DNA of 64,000 nt, from positions 175,805 through 239,804 of the forward strand of contig CAIOPG010000009.1 in assembly GCA_903860135.1 (NCBI GenBank), written 5' to 3'. The notes beneath the pieces were generated by a model. The model made no database searches and was not told the origin of the DNA. It saw nothing but the letters and a program-made list of their open reading frames with translations. This document shows, one piece after another, positions 40,499 through 49,583 of the stretch (positions are counted from its first letter, which is position 1; every line of letters begins with the position of its first letter). The translations under genes and the position numbers were made by a program. This DNA is from Candidatus Omnitrophota bacterium (lineage in GTDB: Bacteria > Omnitrophota > Gorgyraeia > Zapsychrales > Fredricksoniimonadaceae).

Positions 40499-40896
40499 TA
40501 CTTCTCACGATCCGTAGCAATATTAATATGCTCGATCCCCATGCTGCGGGCAAGATTCAGGATGTCCACAACACGACCAACCGATGCCCGGTGATCCGCC
40601 TTGATCAAGATGGCTCTGGCATTGCCGCCAGGAAATGCTAAAAACTCTTTAAGTTCACCCAGCGTGATCAAATGATTATTCACATACACAACATTCTCGC
40701 CCGTCACAATGATCGTCAAACTTGACGGAGAGGCTATGTCGCTTGTCACTCCTTTGGGCAAGGCGATCTTTAAGAACGATGATTTTGAAATAAATAAAAT
40801 AAACGCTATAAAACCCAATAGAATAAATAATACATTCAAAAAAGGAAAGAAATTAAATTTTGGCACACATAATTTCAAATGCCTACGGAAATCCAT
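40498..40896 (-). CDS. exbD: ExbD/TolR-family biopolymer transport protein
   Basis: 132 aa. N-terminal TM and periplasmic ExbD fold (LTIIVTGENVVYVNNHLITLGEL, ILIKADHRASVGRVVDIL). Confidence 0.75.
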   Translation of the reverse strand: MDFRRHLKLCVPKFNFFPFLNVLFILLGFIAFILFISKSSFLKIALPKGVTSDIASPSSLTIIVTGENVVYVNNHLITLGELKEFLAFPGGNARAILIKADHRASVGRVVDILNLARSMGIEHINIATDREK

Positions 40897-40899
40897 GCC

Positions 40900-41568
40900 C
40901 TAAGCCCCTCCGGCTAAAGGAACATTAATAATCTGCGTCATTTCACGCACAAGCGTCGAAGCAACCTGCTCCATCTGCAGAACAGTACCCTCGATCACCT
41001 TAAGAAAATACCGGTGCGCGATCATGGCAAAGATCCCGACAAGGGAAGCCGCCGCTGTTGTAATAAGCGCTTGCCCAAGACCAGCCGTAACATCCATCAA
41101 ACTGGCAGGATTTACAGCTACCGCACGAAGCTGTATTGTATGCAATAACCCACACAAACCAACCACCGTCCCCAGAAGGCCGATCAAAGGCACTAATTGA
41201 GCCATAAATACTAAAAGATCCAACCCTTTTTCCATCGCGCGTACCTCATACCTGGCCGCATCTTCCATCGCCACTTGTATCTCTGGTGCCGATTGACCAA
41301 AACTCAACAATCCTGCTTTTAAAATTCGTGCCATCGAAGAATCTGCGGCATCACACGCTGAAAGGGCACCCATGGTATTATTGTTTTGAATAAAACCGAT
41401 CACTTGAATAGAAAGGACAGCAATACCTTCGCGCACTTCTCCTAGAAACAAGAATCTTTCAATGACCAAAGCCGTAACACTGACGGAACATATCAAAACA
41501 GGAACCATGACAGGACCACCTGTCAATAATAATCGCCATGCGCCAATCCCGGTTACAGCATCGATCAT
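40900..41568 (-). CDS. exbB: MotA/TolQ/ExbB-family proton channel
   Basis: 222 aa with 3 TM. Conserved C-terminal LVGIFAMIAHRYF. Confidence 0.8.
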   Translation of the reverse strand: MIDAVTGIGAWRLLLTGGPVMVPVLICSVSVTALVIERFLFLGEVREGIAVLSIQVIGFIQNNNTMGALSACDAADSSMARILKAGLLSFGQSAPEIQVAMEDAARYEVRAMEKGLDLLVFMAQLVPLIGLLGTVVGLCGLLHTIQLRAVAVNPASLMDVTAGLGQALITTAAASLVGIFAMIAHRYFLKVIEGTVLQMEQVASTLVREMTQIINVPLAGGA

Positions 41569-41586
41569 TTAGGCATCCTTCGGCTA

Positions 41587-44070
41587 TTATTTCTTCCCGC
41601 TGCGTTCTTGGATCAACTCAATCCGTTCATTGGCAAACTTACTCTCGTCAACCTTCAAGTCAACAACCTTCCTGTACGCAGTAATCGCCTTTTCTAATTC
41701 ATTATTGTTTTCAAAAATTCTAGCGATACGCAAATATGCTTTTATAACCCATGGGATTTCTTTCGAATAAATATACGGTATCTTGAAATAAGCCTCTAGT
41801 GCCTTGTCAGATTCATTCAACACCTCGTAAACATCTCCCACAGAAAATTGAATCCCGGCACTGGTTACCTGGCTTTCACCTTTATCCGCTTCGATAGCCT
41901 CCGCGTATACAAACAACTCTTCGTTAAATTTCTTCTCCCGACGGTATATCTGCGCTATCTTCATTAAAGCATCACGTTTATACTGCGGACTTGTCGCTAT
42001 AATACCATGGTATGTTTCAACCGCCTTGTCAGTATCCAGTTCCTTAACAAATATACCAGCAATAGCAATCTTTGCCTTGGGGTAAAGTAATGGATCAATT
42101 TGGGGATCAACCTGCCTAAAATACGCGAGAGCTTTTTCAAAGTTCTCCAAAGACAAATACGCACGACCCAATTCAAAACAAAGAAGACCTTGCTTGACCG
42201 TCTCGGGCAAATCAAACAAGCCCTTCGTATAGAGTTCTACGGCCACCTGATAGAGACCTTCTGTCATATTGTACTGCCCCAGCCACAGAACACACTCGAT
42301 CTCCGCTTCGGTGTGAGGGTAACGATGCACGATATCTTTAAAACGTGCAAGTGCTTCCTTCGTGTCACCCATAGCATCATATGTCTTGGCAAGCCCTACA
42401 TACGCATTCTGGAGTATCTGCTGTTCATCAGGATAAAGCCTAAGCACATCATTAAAGATAACTATCGCCCTGTCAAACTGCTTCAAATTAAAATGCGTCA
42501 TCGCCAACACATAACGGGCTTCCGCCACAAACTGAACCGGAACAACAGGGTCAGAAATAAAAGAGGTCAGTATTTCAACAGCCGTCGCCCATTCCTTTCT
42601 ACGGAAATACGCCAAACCAAGATAATAACGGGATTCAGAAATATACTTACTGCCGGGATAATTAGCTTTTAATGCCTGAAGTGCCAAAACAGCAGCATCA
42701 ATCTTGCCGGATTTAAGAAGCGCAATCCCTAAATAATATTGGACATGATCTTCATAAGGCGTGTCCGGCATTTCATGAAGGATCTTGTCATAGACATCGA
42801 TCGCCTTGTCCATAACGCCAGCCTCCTGATAGGCATCCGCAATCTGGCTATACGCACTCACTTTTATTATCTTGTTATCCGACTTGTCAGCTACCAGCTG
42901 AAACATAGCGACAGCCTTGTCAATATCACCGCTCTTGGAATAAGTCCAAGCTAAACCGAACCTAGCTTTCTCGATCATTTTATCCCGTCCTGCCGCACCG
43001 CTAGAAATAGCAATGATCATCTCATAATCTTTGATAGCGGCCACATAATCATTAACAAGATACCAGGCATTGGCACGCCCCAAATAAGTATCGGCTATTT
43101 TAAGACTCGCCGGAAACCGCGCGATAACTTCCGAATAAATTGAGGCCGCTTCAACATATTTCTCCTGGGCTATAAAAAGACTCGCCTTGGCCAAAAGAAC
43201 ATCTTCTTCGGATACCTTTGCCGCTTTAACCGCAAATTGCGCTTCATCGAACGTCTTTAACGCCTCCACATATTTCTTAAGTTTGATCTGACACCAGCCC
43301 GTCCCGATCAGCGATGCGGCCATCGAAGATGGCGCCGTTGTCAATGATCTGGCTTTCTGATAAGCATCCGAGGCCTTGTCATATTGTTCCAGATTATACA
43401 AAGCCTCGGCCACATTGAATTGGGCTTCATAAAGACGGGTCGAACCGGGATGCCCTGAGATATAATTATTGAAAGCCACAATAGCCGCTTCATACTGAAC
43501 AGCATTGTAGTCACACTCTCCCAGCTTGAACGCGGCATCATCGGACAAGTTGTTAGCAGGAAACTTATCGATCAAGGCCTGGAATATCTTTTTGGCCGAC
43601 ACATAATCTTCCTTCTGAAAATAAGACCAGGCGAGCGAATAATATGCCTGGGGCGCATACAGGGATGCCGGAAAAGCATCAATAACTTGACGGTATTTCT
43701 CTTGGGCTTTGGGAATATCGCCACCCTTGAAATATGTTTCTCCCAACCAGAAAAGAGAGGCATCCTTGTATTCAGGCAACGCTACCAGATCCTTAAAAAC
43801 ATTAAAGGCCTGCACATACTGTTGCTTAAAGAAATAACTTTGCCCTTCGAGCAATCTCGCTTCAACAACTTTTGTGGTTTGCGGGAATTCAGTTAGAAGT
43901 TGATTGACGTAACGCAGAGAAACATCATAAAAACCATCTTCAAATGCGCGCTGGGCTACAATGAAAAGATCTTTCTCATTAGAATCAACAGCAAAAGATG
44001 GTGTCGCAACGATGAGCAACGAAATGCCCATGATGTACAGGATACATTGTAGATTTTTTCTTATTTTCAT
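41587..44070 (-). CDS. Large secreted/periplasmic TPR-repeat protein (about 18 TPRs)
   Basis: 827 aa. Signal peptide MKIRKNLQCILYIMGISLLIVATPSFA. TPR consensus (W..LG..Y...G.Y..A) repeats throughout. Confidence 0.8.
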   Translation of the reverse strand: MKIRKNLQCILYIMGISLLIVATPSFAVDSNEKDLFIVAQRAFEDGFYDVSLRYVNQLLTEFPQTTKVVEARLLEGQSYFFKQQYVQAFNVFKDLVALPEYKDASLFWLGETYFKGGDIPKAQEKYRQVIDAFPASLYAPQAYYSLAWSYFQKEDYVSAKKIFQALIDKFPANNLSDDAAFKLGECDYNAVQYEAAIVAFNNYISGHPGSTRLYEAQFNVAEALYNLEQYDKASDAYQKARSLTTAPSSMAASLIGTGWCQIKLKKYVEALKTFDEAQFAVKAAKVSEEDVLLAKASLFIAQEKYVEAASIYSEVIARFPASLKIADTYLGRANAWYLVNDYVAAIKDYEMIIAISSGAAGRDKMIEKARFGLAWTYSKSGDIDKAVAMFQLVADKSDNKIIKVSAYSQIADAYQEAGVMDKAIDVYDKILHEMPDTPYEDHVQYYLGIALLKSGKIDAAVLALQALKANYPGSKYISESRYYLGLAYFRRKEWATAVEILTSFISDPVVPVQFVAEARYVLAMTHFNLKQFDRAIVIFNDVLRLYPDEQQILQNAYVGLAKTYDAMGDTKEALARFKDIVHRYPHTEAEIECVLWLGQYNMTEGLYQVAVELYTKGLFDLPETVKQGLLCFELGRAYLSLENFEKALAYFRQVDPQIDPLLYPKAKIAIAGIFVKELDTDKAVETYHGIIATSPQYKRDALMKIAQIYRREKKFNEELFVYAEAIEADKGESQVTSAGIQFSVGDVYEVLNESDKALEAYFKIPYIYSKEIPWVIKAYLRIARIFENNNELEKAITAYRKVVDLKVDESKFANERIELIQERSGKK

Positions 44071-44127
44071 AATTATTAATTATATCAAGAAATTATCAGG
44101 AAACGAAAGATAAAATCGGAAGAAATT

Positions 44128-46920
44128 TTAAAGCTGGCGTTGCAGGAATGGACGCAAATACTGACCGGTGTATGATTCCGGGTGTGCCATCAGCCCTTCG
44201 GGAGTACCCGAGAATACCACACGGCCGCCGCGATCCCCACCATCTGGTCCAAGGTCTATGACATGGTCCGCTGATTTGATCACCTCGAGGTTATGCTCAA
44301 TGACAAGGACCGTGTTCCCCTTATCTACCAGCTGCTGAAGGACGCCGAGCAGTTTCTCGACATCAGCAAAATGCAGGCCTGTTGTTGGTTCATCCAGGAT
44401 ATACAGCGTCCTTCCTGTTGAAGGTTTGCAAAGCTCTGCCGCAAGTTTCACGCGCTGAGCTTCCCCGCCCGACAGCGTCGTGGCCGCCTGGCCGATCTTC
44501 ACATAACCAAGGCCAACCTCATTGATCACGCGCAATACCCGGGCAATACGGGGAATGTTGCCGAAGACCTCCAGTGCTTCGCTGATCGACATATCGAGCG
44601 TCTGACTGATATTCCTGCCTTTATATTCAACCTGCAAGGTCTGCTCGTTGAATCGCTGCCCATGACAAACAGCGCATTCCACATGAACATCCGGCAAGAA
44701 ATGCATTTCAATTTCTTTAACCCCGTCCCCCTGGCACGCTTCACAACGTCCGCCTTTAACATTAAAACTGAAACGCCCTGGACCATATCCCCTCAACCTG
44801 GATTCAGGAAGTCCGGAAAAAATAGAACGGATATCCGTAAAGACACCTGTATATGTTGCCGGATTTGACCGGGGTGTACGTCCTATCGGCGACTGATCAA
44901 CGACGATGACCTTGTCAATGGCGTCAAGTCCCTCAAGTTTCCTGTAAGCACCGGATTTCTCGCGGGATCCATAAAGATGACGCGCAAGCGCTTTATAAAG
45001 AACATCATAAACAAGCGTTGATTTCCCTGAACCGGAAACACCCGTTACGCATACAAAAACCCCCAGCGGGATATCAACATCAATATTCTTTAGATTATGT
45101 TCACTGACACCCTTTAAACGGATACAAGCTCCGCGCACAGCGGGCCGCCGTTGTGCCGGGATAGGAATACGGATAGATCCCTTAAGGTATTGCCCCGTCA
45201 ACGAATCTGAAATGGAAAGAATACCGTCAACAGGCCCCGCGTACATGATCTCCCCGCCGAACCGCCCCGCGCCCGGACCGAGATCCACCAGCCAGTCCGC
45301 ACTGCGGATCGTATCCTCATCATGTTCCACGACCACAAGGGTATTCCCCAGATCTCTGAGATCCCGTAAACTTGACAACAACCTTTCATTATCTTTTTGA
45401 TGGAGCCCGATAGACGGCTCATCCATCACATACACCACGCCGACGAGTCCGGAACCCACCTGCGTTGCCAGGCGGATGCGTTCAGCTTCCCCGCCGGATA
45501 GCGTTGAACTTTTACGGTCAAGCGTCAAATAATCCAGCCCCACATTGATACAAAAATCAAGCCGGCGAATGATCTCTTTAAGAACAGGTGCCGCAATGGT
45601 GCGTTCACCCCCCTCCAGTTGAAGCCCCAGAAAAAACTCCCGCGACTCCTGAATGGACATGCGCACGATCTCGGCAATGTTCTTGCCCTCAACAAGCACC
45701 ATCAGGGCTTCTTTCCTCAAACGCCGCCCTTCACACGCAGGGCATGGCGCTTCGGACATGAATTTTGAGATCTCCTCCTTGAGCCAGTCGCTCGGCGTCT
45801 CCCTGAACAAACGCTGGAGATAACCCGCGACCCCTTCAAACTTCTTGCCCCAGATAATGTCTTCGCCGCCAAAAAGAACCCTTTGTTTAAAATCCCGGGG
45901 AAGTTTATTGAACGGCATGGCCGGATCCATATCATAAAGCTTGGCTATTTCACGCAACACCGCCCGATAATACATCATGTATCCCCGCTGGCCCTTGCGC
46001 CAGGGAACAATGGCCGATACCCATGCTTTCTCCGGTGACGTGACCAATGTTTCAACATCGATCTCCATCCTTGTCCCGATACCATTGCAATCAGGGCATG
46101 CCCCATACGGAGAGTTGAAAGAAAATGTCCGCGGCTCAAGCTCCGGAAGATCGATCCCCTCATCGGGAACAGCAAAACTCTCGCTCATGACAAGATCTTC
46201 TGTCCCGTCTGTAAAACCGACAACAATAAAACCCTTGCCGACCCTGAGTGCCGTCTCGACCGAATCTGTCAAACGGGTTTTCACGTCTGGTCTGACTGAT
46301 AGGCGATCTACCACTATTTCGACAGAATGGATCTTATAACGATCAAATTTGATCTTGTCTTGAACATCATAAATATGCCCATCGACCCGTAGCCGCGCAA
46401 AACCCGCCTTGGCCACATCCCTACCGATGTGTGGATAGGTGCCCTTCTTCCCGCGGATATACGGCGCAAGGATATTGATCTTACTGCCCGCAGACAGTCG
46501 TAATATCCGTTCGACCATTTCCTGGGCAGACTGCTTCTCGAGCTTTTGCCCCATATAATAAGGAACACCGATCCTCGCGAACAACAGCCTCAAATAATCA
46601 TAAATTTCCGTCTGCGTGGCCACCGTTGACCTGGGATTACGGCTGATCGTTTTCTGTTCAATGGAGATCGTCGGGCTCAAGCCTTCGATCGACTCGACAT
46701 CCGGTTTCTGCACCTGATCGAGAAATTGGCGGGCATACGCTGAAAGGCTTTCCACATAACGCCGCTGCCCTTCAGCATAGATCGTATCAAAAGCCAGCGA
46801 AGACTTCCCAGAACCACTCAACCCCGTCACAACAATCAACTTGTTGCGGGGAAGCTCAAGGGAAATGTTCTTGAGATTATGTTCCCTGGCATTCTTGATA
46901 ACGATATTATTAAGTTGCAT
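44128..46920 (-). CDS. uvrA: Excinuclease ABC subunit A
   Basis: 930 aa. Two ABC ATPase modules ([18 protein letters not shown]), Zn-finger Cys clusters and ABC signature LSGGEAQR. Confidence 0.95.
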   Translation of the reverse strand: MQLNNIVIKNAREHNLKNISLELPRNKLIVVTGLSGSGKSSLAFDTIYAEGQRRYVESLSAYARQFLDQVQKPDVESIEGLSPTISIEQKTISRNPRSTVATQTEIYDYLRLLFARIGVPYYMGQKLEKQSAQEMVERILRLSAGSKINILAPYIRGKKGTYPHIGRDVAKAGFARLRVDGHIYDVQDKIKFDRYKIHSVEIVVDRLSVRPDVKTRLTDSVETALRVGKGFIVVGFTDGTEDLVMSESFAVPDEGIDLPELEPRTFSFNSPYGACPDCNGIGTRMEIDVETLVTSPEKAWVSAIVPWRKGQRGYMMYYRAVLREIAKLYDMDPAMPFNKLPRDFKQRVLFGGEDIIWGKKFEGVAGYLQRLFRETPSDWLKEEISKFMSEAPCPACEGRRLRKEALMVLVEGKNIAEIVRMSIQESREFFLGLQLEGGERTIAAPVLKEIIRRLDFCINVGLDYLTLDRKSSTLSGGEAERIRLATQVGSGLVGVVYVMDEPSIGLHQKDNERLLSSLRDLRDLGNTLVVVEHDEDTIRSADWLVDLGPGAGRFGGEIMYAGPVDGILSISDSLTGQYLKGSIRIPIPAQRRPAVRGACIRLKGVSEHNLKNIDVDIPLGVFVCVTGVSGSGKSTLVYDVLYKALARHLYGSREKSGAYRKLEGLDAIDKVIVVDQSPIGRTPRSNPATYTGVFTDIRSIFSGLPESRLRGYGPGRFSFNVKGGRCEACQGDGVKEIEMHFLPDVHVECAVCHGQRFNEQTLQVEYKGRNISQTLDMSISEALEVFGNIPRIARVLRVINEVGLGYVKIGQAATTLSGGEAQRVKLAAELCKPSTGRTLYILDEPTTGLHFADVEKLLGVLQQLVDKGNTVLVIEHNLEVIKSADHVIDLGPDGGDRGGRVVFSGTPEGLMAHPESYTGQYLRPFLQRQL

Positions 46921-46964
46921 ATAATTATTATAATCCTTAAAGACCGAAGAAGCACGTAATAGAT

Positions 46965-46998
46965 ATAACCCCTGCCATCATCACTGACGACAGGGGTT
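46965..46998 (-). terminator. Possible hairpin terminator downstream of the Lys-rich gene / upstream of uvrA (weak)
   Basis: ACCCCTG-(16 nt)-CAGGGGT inverted repeat. The trailing region on the minus strand is only moderately U-rich. Confidence 0.3.
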
Positions 46999-47063
46999 AT
47001 ACGTTGATGACTAGCACATGTCGAATTCAAGCAAATTCAAGCCACAGATTTGATCTGTAAACC

Positions 47064-47348
47064 TTACTTCTTGCCCTTCTTCGCCACGACCTTCTTCACA
47101 GCCTTTTTCACAGCCTTCTTCTTCTTTCCGCCCTTCACCATGGCAGCAGAAGAAATATCGCCCTGCTTATCGATAAAATAGAGGAAACCAGATTCCTTCT
47201 TAATACCGACCTTGGCAACCTTCTTGGGCTTGCCGCCCTTCTTGTCGCCGCGCGCCATCGCCGCAGAAGAAACATCGCCATCCTTATCAATAAAATAAAG
47301 GAAACCCTTTTCTTTCTTGACGCCAACTTTAGCAACTTTCTTAGCCAT
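47064..47348 (-). CDS. Small lysine-rich basic protein with internal tandem ~40-aa repeat (putative nucleic-acid-binding)
   Basis: 94 aa. Repeat 1 KKVAKVGVKKEKGFLYFIDKDGDVSSAAMARGDKKGGKP and repeat 2 KKVAKVGIKKESGFLYFIDKQGDISSAAMVKGGKKKK, then a KAVKKAVKKVVAKKGKK tail. Strong SD AAGGGGGTGA upstream. Confidence 0.7.
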   Translation of the reverse strand: MAKKVAKVGVKKEKGFLYFIDKDGDVSSAAMARGDKKGGKPKKVAKVGIKKESGFLYFIDKQGDISSAAMVKGGKKKKAVKKAVKKVVAKKGKK

Positions 47349-47435
47349 TATTATTCACCCCCTTTCATCGTGTAACTTTTTTCCATTTGAATCGGCGATA
47401 TCCCATTAACTCCGCCGATGATATTCATCTTGAAA

Positions 47436-48293
47436 CTATGTACCTACCCGGATATTCCCTGCGAATCCTTTCAATGTCTGAATACCAGACAGCACGGCCA
47501 AATAACTTGTTTTAGGATTATCAGGGCAAACGGTATTGTCCGTACGTGTTGTGATCGACCCAAACGGCCCCTCGGCAAATATCTCATGACTATTGCATCG
47601 GGCTGATGGTGATACCATAATACGCACACGCAAAACAGCATAAGGGCCAGCGGCCAAGGCGACTGCCGCCGCAACATTAATATTTTGTGGAAAATAACGC
47701 ACCGCATCCTCAACGCTACCTTCAAAAAGGATCGTATCCTTCTTCAAAGCATCAAGATCGATCCCCTTCTCTATAATGTAGGCATTACCAGAGAATCCGG
47801 CAGGCGGTTTGCTTGATGTCAACGTTAACTTGGTGATCCCGGCTGAAGAAGCCGCCTTGAGCGCATCAAGGCCTGCCACAGCACCCGACGGTAAAAGAAG
47901 TTTTCCCGAAGATTTGCGCGCCAAAGGGAAAAGGGTGGCGTGTTCCAGAAGCCTGCCGACACTCATGGCCAGGACGGTTTTCCCAGCGAGCAATGATTTC
48001 TTAACGATGGTGCCAGCAGCGGTAGAATTGACTGCTTCAACAATAACATCAGCATGGTCTATCAAATCATCAATAGAAGAAACAACACTGGCGGGATGCC
48101 TGATCGTTGCAGCCAGCCCCTTGGCCCTGACCAGATCAATGTCATAAAGAGCTGACAGGGTAAAGATACCCTTGAGTTCCTTGCTGACACTGCGTGCGAT
48201 CCTTGACCCGATCGCGCCACAACCAATAACACCCAGCCTGAGCCGGAGGTTACGCGCTAGTGCTTTGGGATTTTTCAGATGCTTTTTCATCAA
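47436..48293 (-). CDS. nadX: L-aspartate dehydrogenase
   Basis: 285 aa. Matches Thermotoga NadX along its length (LGVIGCGAIG, LPSGAVAGLDAL, KPPAGF, ILFEGSVEDAVRYFPQNINVAAA, DNPKTSYLAV). Confidence 0.8.
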   Translation of the reverse strand: MMKKHLKNPKALARNLRLRLGVIGCGAIGSRIARSVSKELKGIFTLSALYDIDLVRAKGLAATIRHPASVVSSIDDLIDHADVIVEAVNSTAAGTIVKKSLLAGKTVLAMSVGRLLEHATLFPLARKSSGKLLLPSGAVAGLDALKAASSAGITKLTLTSSKPPAGFSGNAYIIEKGIDLDALKKDTILFEGSVEDAVRYFPQNINVAAAVALAAGPYAVLRVRIMVSPSARCNSHEIFAEGPFGSITTRTDNTVCPDNPKTSYLAVLSGIQTLKGFAGNIRVGT

Positions 48294-49135
48294 ACCCTGA
48301 CAACAATGTTATCTATCAGCCGCGTAGTGCCGATCCGGACCGCAACCGCGATCAGGATATCACCCTCTATCCGACGGGCTATTTGAAATCCGTCGAGCCT
48401 GATGCACTCGATATATTCAATGCTAGCACCCGTCCCGTCGCAAATCAACTTTTTTATTGAAGAATTTATTTTGCCCACAGCGCGCTCCCCGTCGGCGATC
48501 ATGACCGAGGCATGACGCAGTGCCGCAAATATCGCAGCAGCACTGTCTTTCTCCGTCGAAGAAAGATAACTGTTCCTCGAGCTCATGGCCAGACCGCTCT
48601 TTTCGCGCCGCGTAGGGCATACGTTGACGCGCACAGGAAAGTCGAGATCTGCCACCATCCTTTTAAGTATCTCGGCCTGTTGGGCATCTTTCTGGCCAAG
48701 ATACATTACGTCGGGACAAACGATATTCAACAGTTTCGCCACCACCGTCGCCACCCCTCGAAAATGCCCCGGACGTGATGCTCCGCAAAGGATATCCCCC
48801 GCGCCTTCAATATCAACCCATGCCTTCGTCGGTTGAGGATACATCTCGGCAACCGAAGGGACAAAAAGAATGTCCACTCCCGCCGCCAATGCCATGGCCT
48901 TGTCCCGGGTAAAGTCACGCGGATAACGCGACAAGTCTTCATTCAGACCAAACTGGGCTGGGTTCACAAAAAGACTAACAACCGTAATATCATTCCCTTT
49001 GACGCTGGCCTTCATCAGAGAAACATGCCCGTCGTGAAAATACCCCATGGTCGGCACAAACCCAACCGAAAAACCTTCCTGCCGGTGCAAACGAAGCGCC
49101 TTGCGCATCGCCCTGATCGTTGTGATAACCTTCAT
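48290..49135 (-). CDS. panC: Pantoate--beta-alanine ligase
   Basis: 281 aa. FVPTMGYFHDGH HIGH-type motif. Confidence 0.95.
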   Translation of the reverse strand: MKVITTIRAMRKALRLHRQEGFSVGFVPTMGYFHDGHVSLMKASVKGNDITVVSLFVNPAQFGLNEDLSRYPRDFTRDKAMALAAGVDILFVPSVAEMYPQPTKAWVDIEGAGDILCGASRPGHFRGVATVVAKLLNIVCPDVMYLGQKDAQQAEILKRMVADLDFPVRVNVCPTRREKSGLAMSSRNSYLSSTEKDSAAAIFAALRHASVMIADGERAVGKINSSIKKLICDGTGASIEYIECIRLDGFQIARRIEGDILIAVAVRIGTTRLIDNIVVRV

Positions 49136-49157
49136 CTGCTCCTCCCCGATAACCTGC

Positions 49158-49556
49158 TCATCCCCTTACCTCATTCAAAGGCCGCATGACAAAATCCCTT
49201 GTGTGCATCCTCGGATGCGGGATGATCAACGCTGGCGTGTTCATCTGGGCATTATCATACAACAGGATATCAATATCAATGGTGCGCGGCCCATTCTTTA
49301 TCAAACGCACACGGCCCAGTGCCGCCTCGACACGTTGCCCCGCCATCAGGACATCCAAAGGAAGCAGGTTCGTTTCAGCCCTGAGGACAGCATTAAAAAA
49401 AAGACCCTGCGGGGGGCCTCCCACAGGGGTTGTTTCCATGAGCGTAGATAATTTTACAGTTTTAATGCCTGCCGCATCGAGGAACTTGACCGCGTCATGG
49501 ATATTCCTGGCGCGATCCCCCACATTAGATCCAAGGCCCAGATAGACAGTTGCCAA
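49158..49556 (-). CDS. folK: 6-hydroxymethyl-7,8-dihydropterin pyrophosphokinase (HPPK)
   Basis: 132 aa. YLGLGSNVGDR, GPRTIDIDILLY, HPRMHTRDFV. Confidence 0.85.
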   Translation of the reverse strand: MATVYLGLGSNVGDRARNIHDAVKFLDAAGIKTVKLSTLMETTPVGGPPQGLFFNAVLRAETNLLPLDVLMAGQRVEAALGRVRLIKNGPRTIDIDILLYDNAQMNTPALIIPHPRMHTRDFVMRPLNEVRG

Positions 49557-49583
49557 CCCAAGACTCCTTACACATATAAGCCC

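Noticed and set aside
46921-47063. tRNA gene in the uvrA upstream gap
   Set aside because: A hairpin is present but there is no cloverleaf-compatible arrangement or conserved T-loop (GTTCRANYC) sequence.
47064-47348. Ribosomal protein or H1-histone annotation for the Lys-rich protein
   Set aside because: The composition is similar, but the duplicated GFLYFIDKDGD core does not match any r-protein I recognise. It is left as an uncharacterised basic repeat protein.
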